A stretch of DNA of 32,000 nt from Pseudoalteromonas translucida KMM 520 (GTDB taxonomy: Bacteria > Pseudomonadota > Gammaproteobacteria > Enterobacterales > Alteromonadaceae): positions 3,300,001 to 3,332,000 of the forward strand of contig NZ_CP011034.1 of the NCBI RefSeq assembly GCF_001465295.1, read 5' to 3'. The notes under the pieces are model-generated. The model searched no databases. It saw only the letters and a program-made list of their open reading frames with translations, and had not been told where the DNA came from. The position numbers and the translations under genes were made by a program. Of this stretch, positions 1 through 9,008 are shown piece by piece. The first letter of the stretch is position 1. Each line of letters starts with the position of its first letter.

Positions 1-583
1 CAAAAGTAAATCGGTCGGTGCCCGATGAAGGATCGATGCCAACAGTAGCAAGCATTAGTCCAAATACCGTCATCATCATCGCTTTTAAAAATTGTCCTTT
101 ATTAGAAAACGCTGCAATTGCGGTTAAGCCTAAAAACATCAGCACTACATAATCTGGTGATTGAAAACTCAGCGATACTTTAGCTAATAAAGGTGCGGCA
201 ACCATTAACAATATAGCGCCGATAGTGCCCCCTATAAAGGAGGAGTAGGCAGCAATTGCCAATGCTTTACCTGCATGGCCTTGTTTTGCCAGTGGGTAGC
301 CATCAAAGGAGGATGCCACCGTACCCGCAACCCCTGGTGCGTTAATTAAAATAGATGAAGTAGAACCACCAAAAATGGCACCATAATAAACACCCGCCAT
401 TAAAATCATGCCCGAGTCGGCACCTATGCTATAAGTAATCGGGATCATTAATGCAATCGCAGTAATTGGCCCTAAACCCGGTAACATACCAATAAAAGTG
501 CCCACTAGGCAGCCAGCAATCACATACATTAAATTATTAAAGTCGAGCACGGTCGACAAACCAAGCATAATTCCATCAAACAT
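1..583 (-). CDS. tctA: Tripartite tricarboxylate transporter large permease TctA, N-terminal part (gene runs off the left edge)
   Basis: Absent from the ORF track because it is truncated. The reverse complement from ATG at 583-581 reads MFDGIMLGLSTVLDFNNLMYVIAGCLVGTFIGMLPGLGPITAIALMIPITYSIG, a typical TctA N-terminus with the LPGLGP motif. It starts 4 nt after the tctB stop on the same strand. Confidence 0.85.
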   Translation of the reverse strand, partial: MFDGIMLGLSTVLDFNNLMYVIAGCLVGTFIGMLPGLGPITAIALMIPITYSIGADSGMILMAGVYYGAIFGGSTSSILINAPGVAGTVASSFDGYPLAKQGHAGKALAIAAYSSFIGGTIGAILLMVAAPLLAKVSLSFQSPDYVVLMFLGLTAIAAFSNKGQFLKAMMMTVFGLMLATVGIDPSSGTDRFTF

Positions 584-586
584 AAT

Positions 587-1054
587 TTAACTCCACAAAT
601 CGCCCGGAACTAAGTAAATACCTAGCACTTGAGTCATTAAAAACCAAAACACCACAGCAACCGGAATCGATGCAAATAATAAAATACCTTTGCGCCTTTC
701 ACCCATTACAAAAAAGCCTGCTAACAAAAATGCACTGGTCGAAATTAAAAACCCAACCGGCTCTAACATGGCGCTATAAATCACCATTAGCACTAATAAG
801 CTAATAGTACGCAGTACATGTGATTTTTCGAGGTTGTCATCGGTAGCTTCTTTTTCGCTTGGTTTAAGTAATGTTGTAGCAATAGCAAGTAAACACACCA
901 CAATACCAAACGCGGCATATACTTTAGGTAGAGTTGCAGAAGTAACCGTTTCGTATTCTTCAAACGGTAAAAGTGGAATTTGCCATGCAACAACGGCGTA
1001 CAGGGTAAATAGCGCCAAGAATAAACTTGGCCCTAGTAATTCGCGATTCATCAT
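587..1054 (-). CDS. tctB: Tripartite tricarboxylate transporter small membrane subunit TctB
   Basis: 155-aa hydrophobic protein with 4 predicted TM segments, sitting between tctC and tctA with 12-nt and 3-nt gaps. Size and position fit TctB. Confidence 0.75.
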   Translation of the reverse strand: MMNRELLGPSLFLALFTLYAVVAWQIPLLPFEEYETVTSATLPKVYAAFGIVVCLLAIATTLLKPSEKEATDDNLEKSHVLRTISLLVLMVIYSAMLEPVGFLISTSAFLLAGFFVMGERRKGILLFASIPVAVVFWFLMTQVLGIYLVPGDLWS

Positions 1055-1066
1055 TTTAAACCTCGA

Positions 1067-2047
1067 TTATTGCAATGTACGGATAAAGCCAAGCTCTTCC
1101 ATCACTACTTTAAGCTGCGCTTCTTGCGCTTCTAATGACTTAATAAACTGCTCTTTTTCTTGGAATAAATTTAACCAACCGTTACGTGCACGGACAACTT
1201 CCCACTCAGGAGTACTTTGTAATTTGCGCAGTTTTTTGGTGTACTCTGCCAATTTTTCCGCGGGTAAGTTGGGCGCTGCAAAAAAACCACGCCAGTTTAC
1301 AAATTCCATATCGTAACCAAGTGATTTAAGGGTAGGTATTTCTGGGTAATCGGGTAACGGCTCACCTGAGGTAACCGCTAAAATGCGTGCTTGACCACCA
1401 TTAGCTACTTCTAGTGCTTCACTTAAGCCGGTAGAAAGTAAGTTAACTTCGCCTGATAGTAATCCAGCTTTTGCTTTACCACCGGCGTCGTAAGGAATAT
1501 AACGTAAACGTCGACCATCAATACCCGCCGCTTTAACTGCTTGCGCTGCAACTAAATGATCCATACTGCCACGCGCAGAACCGCCTGCTACCTTTACTGA
1601 GCTTGGATCTTCTTTGATTGATTTAACAACATCTTGCCACGTTTTAAATGGCGAATCGTTACACACCACAAATGCGCCATAATCGGCAATCATGCTGGCA
1701 ACAGGAGTTAAATCGCGGTAGCTATAAGGAATGCGACCAGTTAATGCACGCAATACGATAGGCGTTGAGTTAACCATTAAAATATCGCCCTTTTTAGTGC
1801 CCGACTCAATTAAGTAAGCAATAGCACGACCGCCGCCGCCACCCGACATATTTTGAAAAGACGCATTATCTTCAATACCTGACTTAACTAAACCTTCGCC
1901 TACACCACGTGCTGTTGTATCCCAACCACCACCAGGGCCGCCAGGTACTAAAAAGTGAATATCGGCCATTACAAATGGGCTGCTAAGTACCAGCGATGCT
2001 GCAAGTACTGTGGTTTTTAGTGATTTAAATGACTTAAATAATTTCAT
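1067..2047 (-). CDS. tctC: Tripartite tricarboxylate transporter periplasmic substrate-binding protein TctC (Bug family)
   Basis: 326 aa with a signal peptide ending VMA|D. The mature N-terminus is HFLVPGGPGGGWDTTARG, and overall length and pattern are typical of Bug/TctC binding proteins. Confidence 0.9.
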   Translation of the reverse strand: MKLFKSFKSLKTTVLAASLVLSSPFVMADIHFLVPGGPGGGWDTTARGVGEGLVKSGIEDNASFQNMSGGGGGRAIAYLIESGTKKGDILMVNSTPIVLRALTGRIPYSYRDLTPVASMIADYGAFVVCNDSPFKTWQDVVKSIKEDPSSVKVAGGSARGSMDHLVAAQAVKAAGIDGRRLRYIPYDAGGKAKAGLLSGEVNLLSTGLSEALEVANGGQARILAVTSGEPLPDYPEIPTLKSLGYDMEFVNWRGFFAAPNLPAEKLAEYTKKLRKLQSTPEWEVVRARNGWLNLFQEKEQFIKSLEAQEAQLKVVMEELGFIRTLQ

Positions 2048-2058
2048 TATATGATTCC

Positions 2059-3300
2059 TTAAAATAAATACTGCATACGCGCACTAAAGCCCATACCAGA
2101 GTCTTCATCGCCTACCAAAGCTGTGGTACCAGGGCCTGTCACATCACTGTAAATAAGGTTGCCCATAAACTTAATATCGCTACTGATGTAATAAGATGTG
2201 CCTAATGTATAAGTAGTTGCTTGCGTCCCTTGTAAGCTGCTAGTTGCATCCATTTGTGAAACACGCGCAACTAACTCCCATGCATTTTTAATGTTTTTAG
2301 GTTGTACAAATAATGCTGAACTTGCTTTGTATTGGCGCTGCTCGCCACCTAAAAAGTAACTTGCCGATACATGAAAACCATCAAAGCGCTCGCTATCTAG
2401 CAAGTCTGCGCTATTAACTGCGTTTAACGAGCGGCTTGCATATTCAGCTTCAAGGGTTAAAGAATCTGCTTGGTAAGCAAATTCAAGTCCGCTTTGCGAT
2501 AAGCTATCAAGTGCTGCGGTTACGCCACCAGCGGCATAATCAACAAGCCTAGTATTAGCTTCGCGAACTTCTCCACGAGCAAAACGCGCACCTAATTCAT
2601 TGCCGCCCATATCACGATATGAATGCCACGCCCCTAAATGAATCACATCACCCGGTGCAGCACTTGACCACGTTACGCGCCCTGTTGCAGCCAAAGTTAG
2701 CTTGTCGTTTTCATCATTACCCGTTGCGCCAAAGGCATCATTTTTATAAACACCCACTGCGTAGCGAAATCCCGAATCTTTAAAGTATTGGTAAGCCGAT
2801 GCACCCCACCGAAAAAATGGCGAGAAGGTATTTGCTAAACTACTACGCTCAATAGTGTTGATATGTTTTGAGCTGGTTAATGCATTAAGCGATATATCTT
2901 CGCGAATTTTACCTGCTTTAATTTTAAGCCCGTTATCAAACGCATAACGTACACGTGCCATAACAATTTCAGCTGTGCCTTCGCCAAATTCGAGTAATAA
3001 CTTGTGATCCCAATTACCATGCTCGCTAGCAACGTAAGTACGAATACGTCGCGGAAAAAAATCACTGCCGCCAGAGCCGCCATTATCTGCATTGTAAGCG
3101 CCATCAAAATAGTTGTAGTCAAGCTGTACGCGTCCACCAAACTCTAAATTAAAACCACTCGATTTTTTTAATGCACTGACTTCTTTTTGTAATGCATCTA
3201 ATTGCTGTTGTAATTTATCGGTATCGTTATCAGCTAAAACTGATGTGCTCGCTAATGCGGCAGCTACTGCCAAAGCGAGTTGTGTGTTACTTGCTTTCAT
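2059..3300 (-). CDS. Outer-membrane anion-selective porin, phosphate-selective porin O/P (OprO/OprP-like) family
   Basis: Signal peptide MKASNTQLALAVAAALASTSVLA, an N-terminal coiled-coil stretch (DKLQQQLDALQKEVSALKK) and an O/P-family-like core (GGRVQLDYNYF...FFPRRIRTYV...KAGKIREDISLNALTSSKHINTIERS). The C-terminus is MQYLF, a beta-barrel terminal Phe. I prefer ATG at 3300 (GGAGA 5 nt upstream) over the track's GTG at 3312. Confidence 0.8.
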   Translation of the reverse strand: MKASNTQLALAVAAALASTSVLADNDTDKLQQQLDALQKEVSALKKSSGFNLEFGGRVQLDYNYFDGAYNADNGGSGGSDFFPRRIRTYVASEHGNWDHKLLLEFGEGTAEIVMARVRYAFDNGLKIKAGKIREDISLNALTSSKHINTIERSSLANTFSPFFRWGASAYQYFKDSGFRYAVGVYKNDAFGATGNDENDKLTLAATGRVTWSSAAPGDVIHLGAWHSYRDMGGNELGARFARGEVREANTRLVDYAAGGVTAALDSLSQSGLEFAYQADSLTLEAEYASRSLNAVNSADLLDSERFDGFHVSASYFLGGEQRQYKASSALFVQPKNIKNAWELVARVSQMDATSSLQGTQATTYTLGTSYYISSDIKFMGNLIYSDVTGPGTTALVGDEDSGMGFSARMQYLF

Positions 3301-3438
3301 TGTTGTCTCCACGCTGTGTTGGTGTATTTATTGTCAGGTAGATAAGCGACTACAAACTGCTATCTAAAGCGCAGCTTATTGTTAACGTGAAATTAACTAA
3401 ATATTTAGACGGTAAGGTGCATTGATGATCTTTACGCG

Positions 3439-3469
3439 CTTTTTGTGCATAAAAACCATGCGCAAAAAG
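3439..3469. promoter_or_regulatory. Imperfect palindrome upstream of the porin-tctCBA operon (possible operator)
   Basis: CTTTTTGTGCAT-N7-ATGCGCAAAAAG, with 11 of 12 positions complementary. It lies about 140-170 bp upstream of the porin start. Confidence 0.3.
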
Positions 3470-3561
3470 GATAAAACTAACCGCGCACTACTCTTTGATT
3501 TATAAAGCCTTTATATTTAAAGTGGTTTTATAATAAATAAATTGGTAGCTTTTTAAGTTAT

Positions 3562-3586
3562 AAAAAAACCCGCAACAATGCGGGCT
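3562..3586 (-). terminator. Rho-independent terminator ending the 3-hydroxybutyrate operon
   Basis: On the minus strand, a CCCGCA/TGCGGG stem with a 4-nt loop is followed by T7. It sits about 27 nt downstream of the scoB stop. Confidence 0.75.
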
Positions 3587-3612
3587 TAATTAATAACGAC
3601 AGTAAGCTATTA

Positions 3613-4269
3613 TTAAAATGTCATTTCGGGTGTGTTTTTAGGGATAATTAAACGCCCCTGTGTTTTCGCTTGAATTTCTTCTACGCTCACTCCGGGGGCG
3701 CGCTCTAACAAATGAAATGCACCATCTTTAATTTCCAGTAAGGCCAAGTCGGTAATTACTTTATTAATACACCCCACGCCGGTGAGCGGTAAGCTGCACT
3801 CACTGAGTAATTTTGACTCACCATGCTTGTTAGCGTGGGTCATGGTGCAAATAATGTTTTTTGCACCGGCCACTAAATCCATTGCACCGCCCATACCTTT
3901 TATTAACTTATTGGGGATCATCCAGCTAGCAATATTGCCGTTTTGGTCAACCTCAAAGGCACCCAATACGGTTAAGTCAACATGACCGCCGCGGATCATC
4001 GCAAAGCTTTCGGCTGAATTAAAAATGGCTGCGCCAGTGGCGGCAGTAACGGTTTCTTTACCGGCGTTTATCATATCAGCATCGAGCGCATCGGGAGTAG
4101 GATACTGCCCCATACCCAGCAGGCCATTTTCTGATTGCAGCATTACTGCAATATTATCGGGGACATAGTTAGCTACTAAGGTAGGGATCCCAATGCCTAA
4201 ATTAACGTAATAGCCATCTTGTAATTCCATCGCGACTCGCTTGGCGATTTGTTCACGTGTTAATGCCAT
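3613..4269 (-). CDS. scoB: 3-oxoacid (succinyl-CoA:acetoacetate) CoA-transferase subunit B
   Basis: 218 aa. MALTREQIAKRVAMELQDGYYVNLGIGIPTLVANYVP...SENG is the canonical subunit-B pattern including the SENG active-site region. It sits 11 nt after scoA. Confidence 0.9.
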   Translation of the reverse strand: MALTREQIAKRVAMELQDGYYVNLGIGIPTLVANYVPDNIAVMLQSENGLLGMGQYPTPDALDADMINAGKETVTAATGAAIFNSAESFAMIRGGHVDLTVLGAFEVDQNGNIASWMIPNKLIKGMGGAMDLVAGAKNIICTMTHANKHGESKLLSECSLPLTGVGCINKVITDLALLEIKDGAFHLLERAPGVSVEEIQAKTQGRLIIPKNTPEMTF

Positions 4270-4280
4270 TAGTTTGCTCC

Positions 4281-4988
4281 TTATTGCTTTGCTGCTTGGG
4301 TGGTCACTTTTTCTATGCGTTTTTCAAACACCCCCTTTATAACCCGGTCGATATAAATACCAGGAGTGTGTATTTGGCTTGGCTCTAACTCCCCAGGCTC
4401 TACAATTTCTTCTACTTCGAGTACGGTTATTTTACCTGCGGTGGCGGCCATAGGATTAAAGTTCATCGCGGTATGGCGATAAATACAATTACCAAAGCGA
4501 TCCGCTTTCCACGCTTTTACGATGGCAAAGTCACCGGTAATACTGTGCTCTAACAAGTAATCTCGCCCATTAATATTACGTGTTTCTTTGCCCTCAGCCA
4601 CTGGCGTACCTACTCCAGTGGCGGTATAAAAAGCAGGAATACCCGCGCCACCAGCGCGCATTTTTTCAGCCAGTGTACCTTGTGGGGTAAGCTCTACATC
4701 TAGCTCGCCACTAAGTAGTTGCTGTTCAAATAAGGCATTTTCGCCCACATACGAGGCCACCATTTTGCGTATTTGTTTATCCTCTAGTAACACGCCTAAA
4801 CCAAAGCCATCTACGCCACAGTTATTAGACACCACAGTTAAATTGCGAATACCTTGGCGTTTAATTTGGCCAATAAGTCCCTCCGGTATACCGCACAAGC
4901 CAAAACCACCGGCAATCACTGTCATGCCATCCTCAAGCCCTGCCATTGCTTCGCTGTAACTGCTTACTACTTTATCGAATCCTGCCAT
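4281..4988 (-). CDS. scoA: 3-oxoacid CoA-transferase subunit A
   Basis: 235 aa. [20 protein letters not shown]...[14 protein letters not shown] is the typical subunit-A sequence. Confidence 0.9.
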   Translation of the reverse strand: MAGFDKVVSSYSEAMAGLEDGMTVIAGGFGLCGIPEGLIGQIKRQGIRNLTVVSNNCGVDGFGLGVLLEDKQIRKMVASYVGENALFEQQLLSGELDVELTPQGTLAEKMRAGGAGIPAFYTATGVGTPVAEGKETRNINGRDYLLEHSITGDFAIVKAWKADRFGNCIYRHTAMNFNPMAATAGKITVLEVEEIVEPGELEPSQIHTPGIYIDRVIKGVFEKRIEKVTTQAAKQ

Positions 4989-4997
4989 TGTTAGCTC

Positions 4998-5759
4998 CTA
5001 TTGTGCGGTCCAGCCGCCATCTATTGCTATAGCTTGTGCGGTAATGTTTCGCGCCGCATCAGCCATTAAAAAGGTTACCGCATGGTGTATTTCATCTAAA
5101 CCAATAAAGGCTTTTTTAGGCATGGGTGCTAGCATAATAGTGTCGATTACTTGTTGCTCAGATAAGCCATGTTCTTTGGCTTGTGCGGCAATTTGCTGCT
5201 CTACCAGCGGTGTTTTTACATACGCAGGGCACACGGTATTAATGGTTATATTGGCATCCCCGGTTTCAAGCGCTATAGTTTTACTAAAGCCAATTAAGCC
5301 ATGTTTGGCGGCCACATAAGCCGACTTATATTTAGAGGCCACAATGGCATGAATAGAACCAATATTAATAATTCTGCCAAAATTTTGTTCGCGCATTTTA
5401 GGCAATACCGCTTGGGTCATCATTGCGGGCCCAACTAGCATTACTTGCTGCAAAAATTGCCATTTGTCAGCCGGAAATTCTTCAAGCTTTGCTACGTGCT
5501 GAATGCCGGCATTATTTATAAGTACATCAACAGCTTGCGGTAACTGCTTAAAAAAAGCGGTAATTGCCTCGCTGTCGGCCACATTTAAGGCATAACCTTG
5601 GGCTTTTCCGCCATTAGTAACAATACGCTCTGCCGCTGCAGTTGCGTGCGCTGCATTTAGGTCGGTTACTATAATATGATGACCCGCTGCTGCTAATTGC
5701 TGTGCTATATATAAGCCAATACCGCTGGCTGCACCGGTTATTAAAATTGTTTTGCTCAT
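4998..5759 (-). CDS. bdhA: D-3-hydroxybutyrate dehydrogenase (short-chain dehydrogenase/reductase)
   Basis: 253 aa with TGAASGIGL Rossmann motif, NNAG, and S...YxxxK (YVAAK). It is located between the esterase and scoAB. Confidence 0.85.
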   Translation of the reverse strand: MSKTILITGAASGIGLYIAQQLAAAGHHIIVTDLNAAHATAAAERIVTNGGKAQGYALNVADSEAITAFFKQLPQAVDVLINNAGIQHVAKLEEFPADKWQFLQQVMLVGPAMMTQAVLPKMREQNFGRIINIGSIHAIVASKYKSAYVAAKHGLIGFSKTIALETGDANITINTVCPAYVKTPLVEQQIAAQAKEHGLSEQQVIDTIMLAPMPKKAFIGLDEIHHAVTFLMADAARNITAQAIAIDGGWTAQ

Positions 5760-5768
5760 GCAGGCCTC

Positions 5769-6953
5769 CTAGTTGGCTAAAAACTCACTAATTTGCTGCG
5801 CTTTAGGCGCAATCGAAAACAGCCCATCTAAATGCCCCCAACCACCCGCAATTTCAGAAATAGTAACCTCTTTACCTAGTTCATCCATTATTGAGTGCAT
5901 TTTGCGGACATTTTCGGGGCGTAGTAATAAATCGTTAGTGGCAGGTAGCAATAAGGTTTTTGCCTGCACCTTTTTTAGGGCGTCAGTTAAATTAGCTGCT
6001 CTACCTGCGGTAAATAACTGCGATGCTCGCACTAAATACAACACATGGTTTGCATCTTGTAGCTTAGCTTTCGCTAATGCTCTAGCCTCTAAAACCTGAT
6101 TTACTTTTGGTAAGGTACGAATATCTTGCAGTGCGCCGTCATCTAGCACCTCAAAATTAGGGAAACTAGCGTTATAAATAAGCGGATGCATAGCATCTTG
6201 GGTAATGTTTAGTAGCGTAGCGGTAAGCCCTGCAAGTGGGCGTTCTTTATTATAGTAATTACCTTGCTGCCAGTTTTTATCTAAACGAATTGGCATGGCC
6301 CATTTTTCTAGTGCCGATACAGTCCATGCATCCATGGTTGCCGCACCAATTACATGCACTAAGCGCTCTACTTGCTCTGGGTAACGTACCGCCCACTCCA
6401 ATGCCTGAAACGACCCCATTGAGGCACCTATTACGGCATGCAGCTTATTAATACCTAAACTATCGAGTAAGCGTTTTTGCACTTCAACAAAATCAGTAAT
6501 TGTCACTACCGGAAAATCAAGGCCATACGGTTTACCTGTTGCCGGATTAGTTGATGCAGGGCCAGTCGTAATTACATTAGGATCGTGCCAATTGGCATTA
6601 ACTAAAGTGTCTGAGCTAATTACATAGTATTTATTAGTGTCGATTGCTTTACCTGGGCCAATTAACGCATCCCAATAACCCGCCAAGGCATCATCGGCTT
6701 TATATTTACCAGCCGCATGCGACGTGCCGGAAAAATAATGCGTAATTAAAACTACGTTATCTTTGGCTTTATTTAATTTACCGTAGCTCTCCCAGCCTAC
6801 GTCTACTTGGCTAAGCGTGACTCCCGACACGGTAGTAAAATTTTTAGTGGTAAAATGTTGTTTTTCAACCAACATAGGTGCGGCTTTATCATTGCTATAA
6901 GCAACTGTGCTTACTATTAACAGCAGTACACCCATTATAAATTTAGTTTTCAT
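5769..6953 (-). CDS. Secreted MetX (homoserine O-acetyltransferase)-like alpha/beta hydrolase, putative esterase
   Basis: 394 aa with a Sec signal peptide (MKTKFIMGVLLLIVSTVAYS|ND) and a nucleophile elbow GASMGS followed by ALEWAVRYPEQVERLV. A C-terminal GHLDG is the likely catalytic His. Fold assignment is by motif only. Confidence 0.7.
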   Translation of the reverse strand: MKTKFIMGVLLLIVSTVAYSNDKAAPMLVEKQHFTTKNFTTVSGVTLSQVDVGWESYGKLNKAKDNVVLITHYFSGTSHAAGKYKADDALAGYWDALIGPGKAIDTNKYYVISSDTLVNANWHDPNVITTGPASTNPATGKPYGLDFPVVTITDFVEVQKRLLDSLGINKLHAVIGASMGSFQALEWAVRYPEQVERLVHVIGAATMDAWTVSALEKWAMPIRLDKNWQQGNYYNKERPLAGLTATLLNITQDAMHPLIYNASFPNFEVLDDGALQDIRTLPKVNQVLEARALAKAKLQDANHVLYLVRASQLFTAGRAANLTDALKKVQAKTLLLPATNDLLLRPENVRKMHSIMDELGKEVTISEIAGGWGHLDGLFSIAPKAQQISEFLAN

Positions 6954-6962
6954 CGTTATCCC

Positions 6963-7571
6963 TTAAAAGAAAATAAATAAGCTAATTGCTAATGCAACTC
7001 CAATTAGCGGTACTACGGTTGTTAACGCAGCCATAGACCAATAAGCTCGTTGATGTGTTTCTTTACAAATAGCGCGGATCAAAGTAACTACATACCCATT
7101 ATGCGGCAAGGTATCTAGCGCACCTGAACTAATAGCCACCACGCGGTGTAGTTGCTCTGGGTTAACCCCCATATCTATATATCCTGGAGCAACCAGTGGT
7201 AATGCAATAACTTGCCCTCCTGAGGCAGAACCCGTTAGCCCCGCTATTACACTTACCGCTACGGCCGCGCCGACTAGTTCATTACCTGGCATATGGGTCA
7301 TTACTTCAACCGCAGCAGTAAATGCTGGCGATACTTTGGCAACAGCACCAAACCCAACCACCGCAGCTGTATTTCCTATTGCCACTAATGCCCCGGTTGT
7401 TCCTACATTTACAGCACCAGCCAGATCATGAAAGTACTTAAAGTTAATTACCATAATACTCAGCACGCCACCTAGTAAGGCAATAATAAGCGCGGTTTGT
7501 TGTAATGTATCATGTAAAGTAAATGACAATACCAGCACCACTAATAGCGGAATAAGCCCAGTAATAGGGTG
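6963..7571 (-). pseudogene. GntP-family permease (likely 3-hydroxybutyrate/H+ symporter), C-terminal fragment, cut off by the IS insertion
   Basis: Translation continues exactly from the N-terminal fragment: ...RKRPHPIT | GLIPLLVVLVLSF.... The track's GTG start at 7580 lies inside the IS terminus. The protein is multi-TM with glycine-rich GntP-like helices. Confidence 0.8.
7560..7571. repeat. Target-site duplication, left copy (AGTAATAGGGTG, optionally +T)
   Basis: Identical 12-mer (13 with the ambiguous T) at 7560-7571 and 8997-9008, directly flanking the IS. It encodes the duplicated HPIT codons. Confidence 0.85.
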
Positions 7572-8996
7572 TAACACCACTCGTTTAAGAACGAGTGGTG
7601 TTTTTTCGTTTATACCTAACCGGATATTTTTGTGTCTTTGCGAGCACCGCTCGCGGATAAGCTTTTCGCTTTCTTTTCTCCGGTAATATTAGCCGTTTCC
7701 CGTTTTCACGTAGTTCTTTCAGCTTTTTAGGGATTGTCCCGGGGCTTCGACCTGAGCACCATAAAAACTCGTCTTGTATCAGGTATAATGCGTTTATGAA
7801 ACTGATGCGTAATGGCTCCACTTTATGGGCTTTAGCCATCTCTGCCATTTCAAGCCTCACGATATTGTATGACGTCAGAATACCCCATAGTTCTTGATAA
7901 ATACCTTCCTGTTTCAGGCTCCGTAGCGCTGGTTTACTAGATAATTGATATTGCTTGAGCTCACCATATCCTCGCTCTATTTCCCACCTTTGCCAATAAA
8001 CACCGAGTAGCGCTTTTAGCGGGTATTTTTCTGGACAGACGCATGAGGTGATGAACCCTTTTATTTCACCTTTAGGTGTTGGAATTTGAATAAGTCTTGC
8101 TTGCCATGTATCACCTAGGTAAGGGGCTGATTTTTTAGCTTGTGGCGAAATAGGCATTGTTATTAAGTGGTCATACTCACTAAATGATCCCGTTATTTCA
8201 TAGCGCATTTTGCTTTTAATGGGCGTAAGCCAATGATGATTTTCGCTAACACCTTGCCAGCTCGTGAATAGTTCAGCCGAAAAGAAACCTCTATCAAATA
8301 GGGTCAATGAATGTTCAGGTGCTGAGCCAACAAGCTGTTGAGCATAATGAATTTCACTTTGAGTGATAGGGCCAAACGCTGCATCGGATATTAAATGCGT
8401 TCTTGTCGACATCAAGGTCACAGCAAGTACTGAGGGAAAGTTAGTTGTCGATTGAGCATATCCAAAGTGACGGTTACTCGGGGTATCTTGGGTTTTAAAT
8501 TGTGTACCGTCAACGCTTAGTAGCTTTAAACCACAGACGTCATCAAACGTTTGCGACTGCTCCCACTGCGTTGCTGTATGTTTAAAAAGGTGCTTCATAG
8601 GCGCAGCGCCTAGCTTTTCTTTCCCTTTTATAATACTGCTGGTCGCCAATGGTGGAAGCTCTCCTTTAGCGTCAGGAAAAGCGAGCTCTAGTTTGTCACA
8701 GACTTCAGATATTGAGCGGTTTCTTAATAAACCAATTCCTAACACAAGCCAAGCGGCTTGCTCGGCGGGGAAGCGTCGTTTGCGTACTGATGCTCTTCCT
8801 GTTTGGGTAACAGCTTCTTCAATCCACTCAAGGGGAATGTGCTTAGTGAACGAATCAATATCACGAACTTGGCAAAACTCAGTAGTAAGGTGTAATTCTT
8901 TAATAAATTCAGACATAAAAATAGGCCACAACTTTTGTTGTAGCCTATTATGAAGCCTCTGAAAGATCGTTCAATTAGCTTAAACGATCTGCATTA
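7572..8996 (-). mobile_element. IS4-family insertion sequence (IS4-group), apparently intact, about 1425 bp
   Basis: Imperfect 18-bp terminal inverted repeats, TAACACCACTCGTTTAAG versus TAATGCAGATCGTTTAAG (13/18). It has a single transposase ORF, is flanked by a 12-13 bp direct duplication, and interrupts an otherwise continuous permease reading frame. Confidence 0.9.
7585..8916 (-). CDS. IS4-family DDE transposase
   Basis: About 443 aa from ATG at 8916; the track uses an upstream TTG at 8931. It is collinear with my recollection of E. coli IS4 transposase: N-terminal ...RKRRFPAEQAAWLVLGIGL..., SVDGT, LFDRGF, and YxxRWEIExxYxELK (YWQRWEIERGYGELK). Confidence 0.9.
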   Translation of the reverse strand: MSEFIKELHLTTEFCQVRDIDSFTKHIPLEWIEEAVTQTGRASVRKRRFPAEQAAWLVLGIGLLRNRSISEVCDKLELAFPDAKGELPPLATSSIIKGKEKLGAAPMKHLFKHTATQWEQSQTFDDVCGLKLLSVDGTQFKTQDTPSNRHFGYAQSTTNFPSVLAVTLMSTRTHLISDAAFGPITQSEIHYAQQLVGSAPEHSLTLFDRGFFSAELFTSWQGVSENHHWLTPIKSKMRYEITGSFSEYDHLITMPISPQAKKSAPYLGDTWQARLIQIPTPKGEIKGFITSCVCPEKYPLKALLGVYWQRWEIERGYGELKQYQLSSKPALRSLKQEGIYQELWGILTSYNIVRLEMAEMAKAHKVEPLRISFINALYLIQDEFLWCSGRSPGTIPKKLKELRENGKRLILPEKRKRKAYPRAVLAKTQKYPVRYKRKNTTRS

Positions 8997-9008
8997 AGTA
9001 ATAGGGTG
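8997..9008. repeat. Target-site duplication, right copy (AGTAATAGGGTG)
   Basis: Same 12-mer as 7560-7571, immediately outside the right IS end. Confidence 0.85.

Noticed and set aside
834-1316. 160-aa + strand ORF overlapping tctB and tctC
   Set aside because: It lies entirely antisense to two well-supported transporter genes. Its Ser/Ala/Asn-rich, low-complexity translation is typical of a shadow frame, and it has no RBS or motif.
6963-7580. The track's 205-aa ORF as an independent gene starting at GTG 7580
   Set aside because: The GTG and the next two codons lie inside the IS terminal repeat and lack a usable RBS. The remainder continues the interrupted permease frame exactly, so it is a pseudogene fragment.
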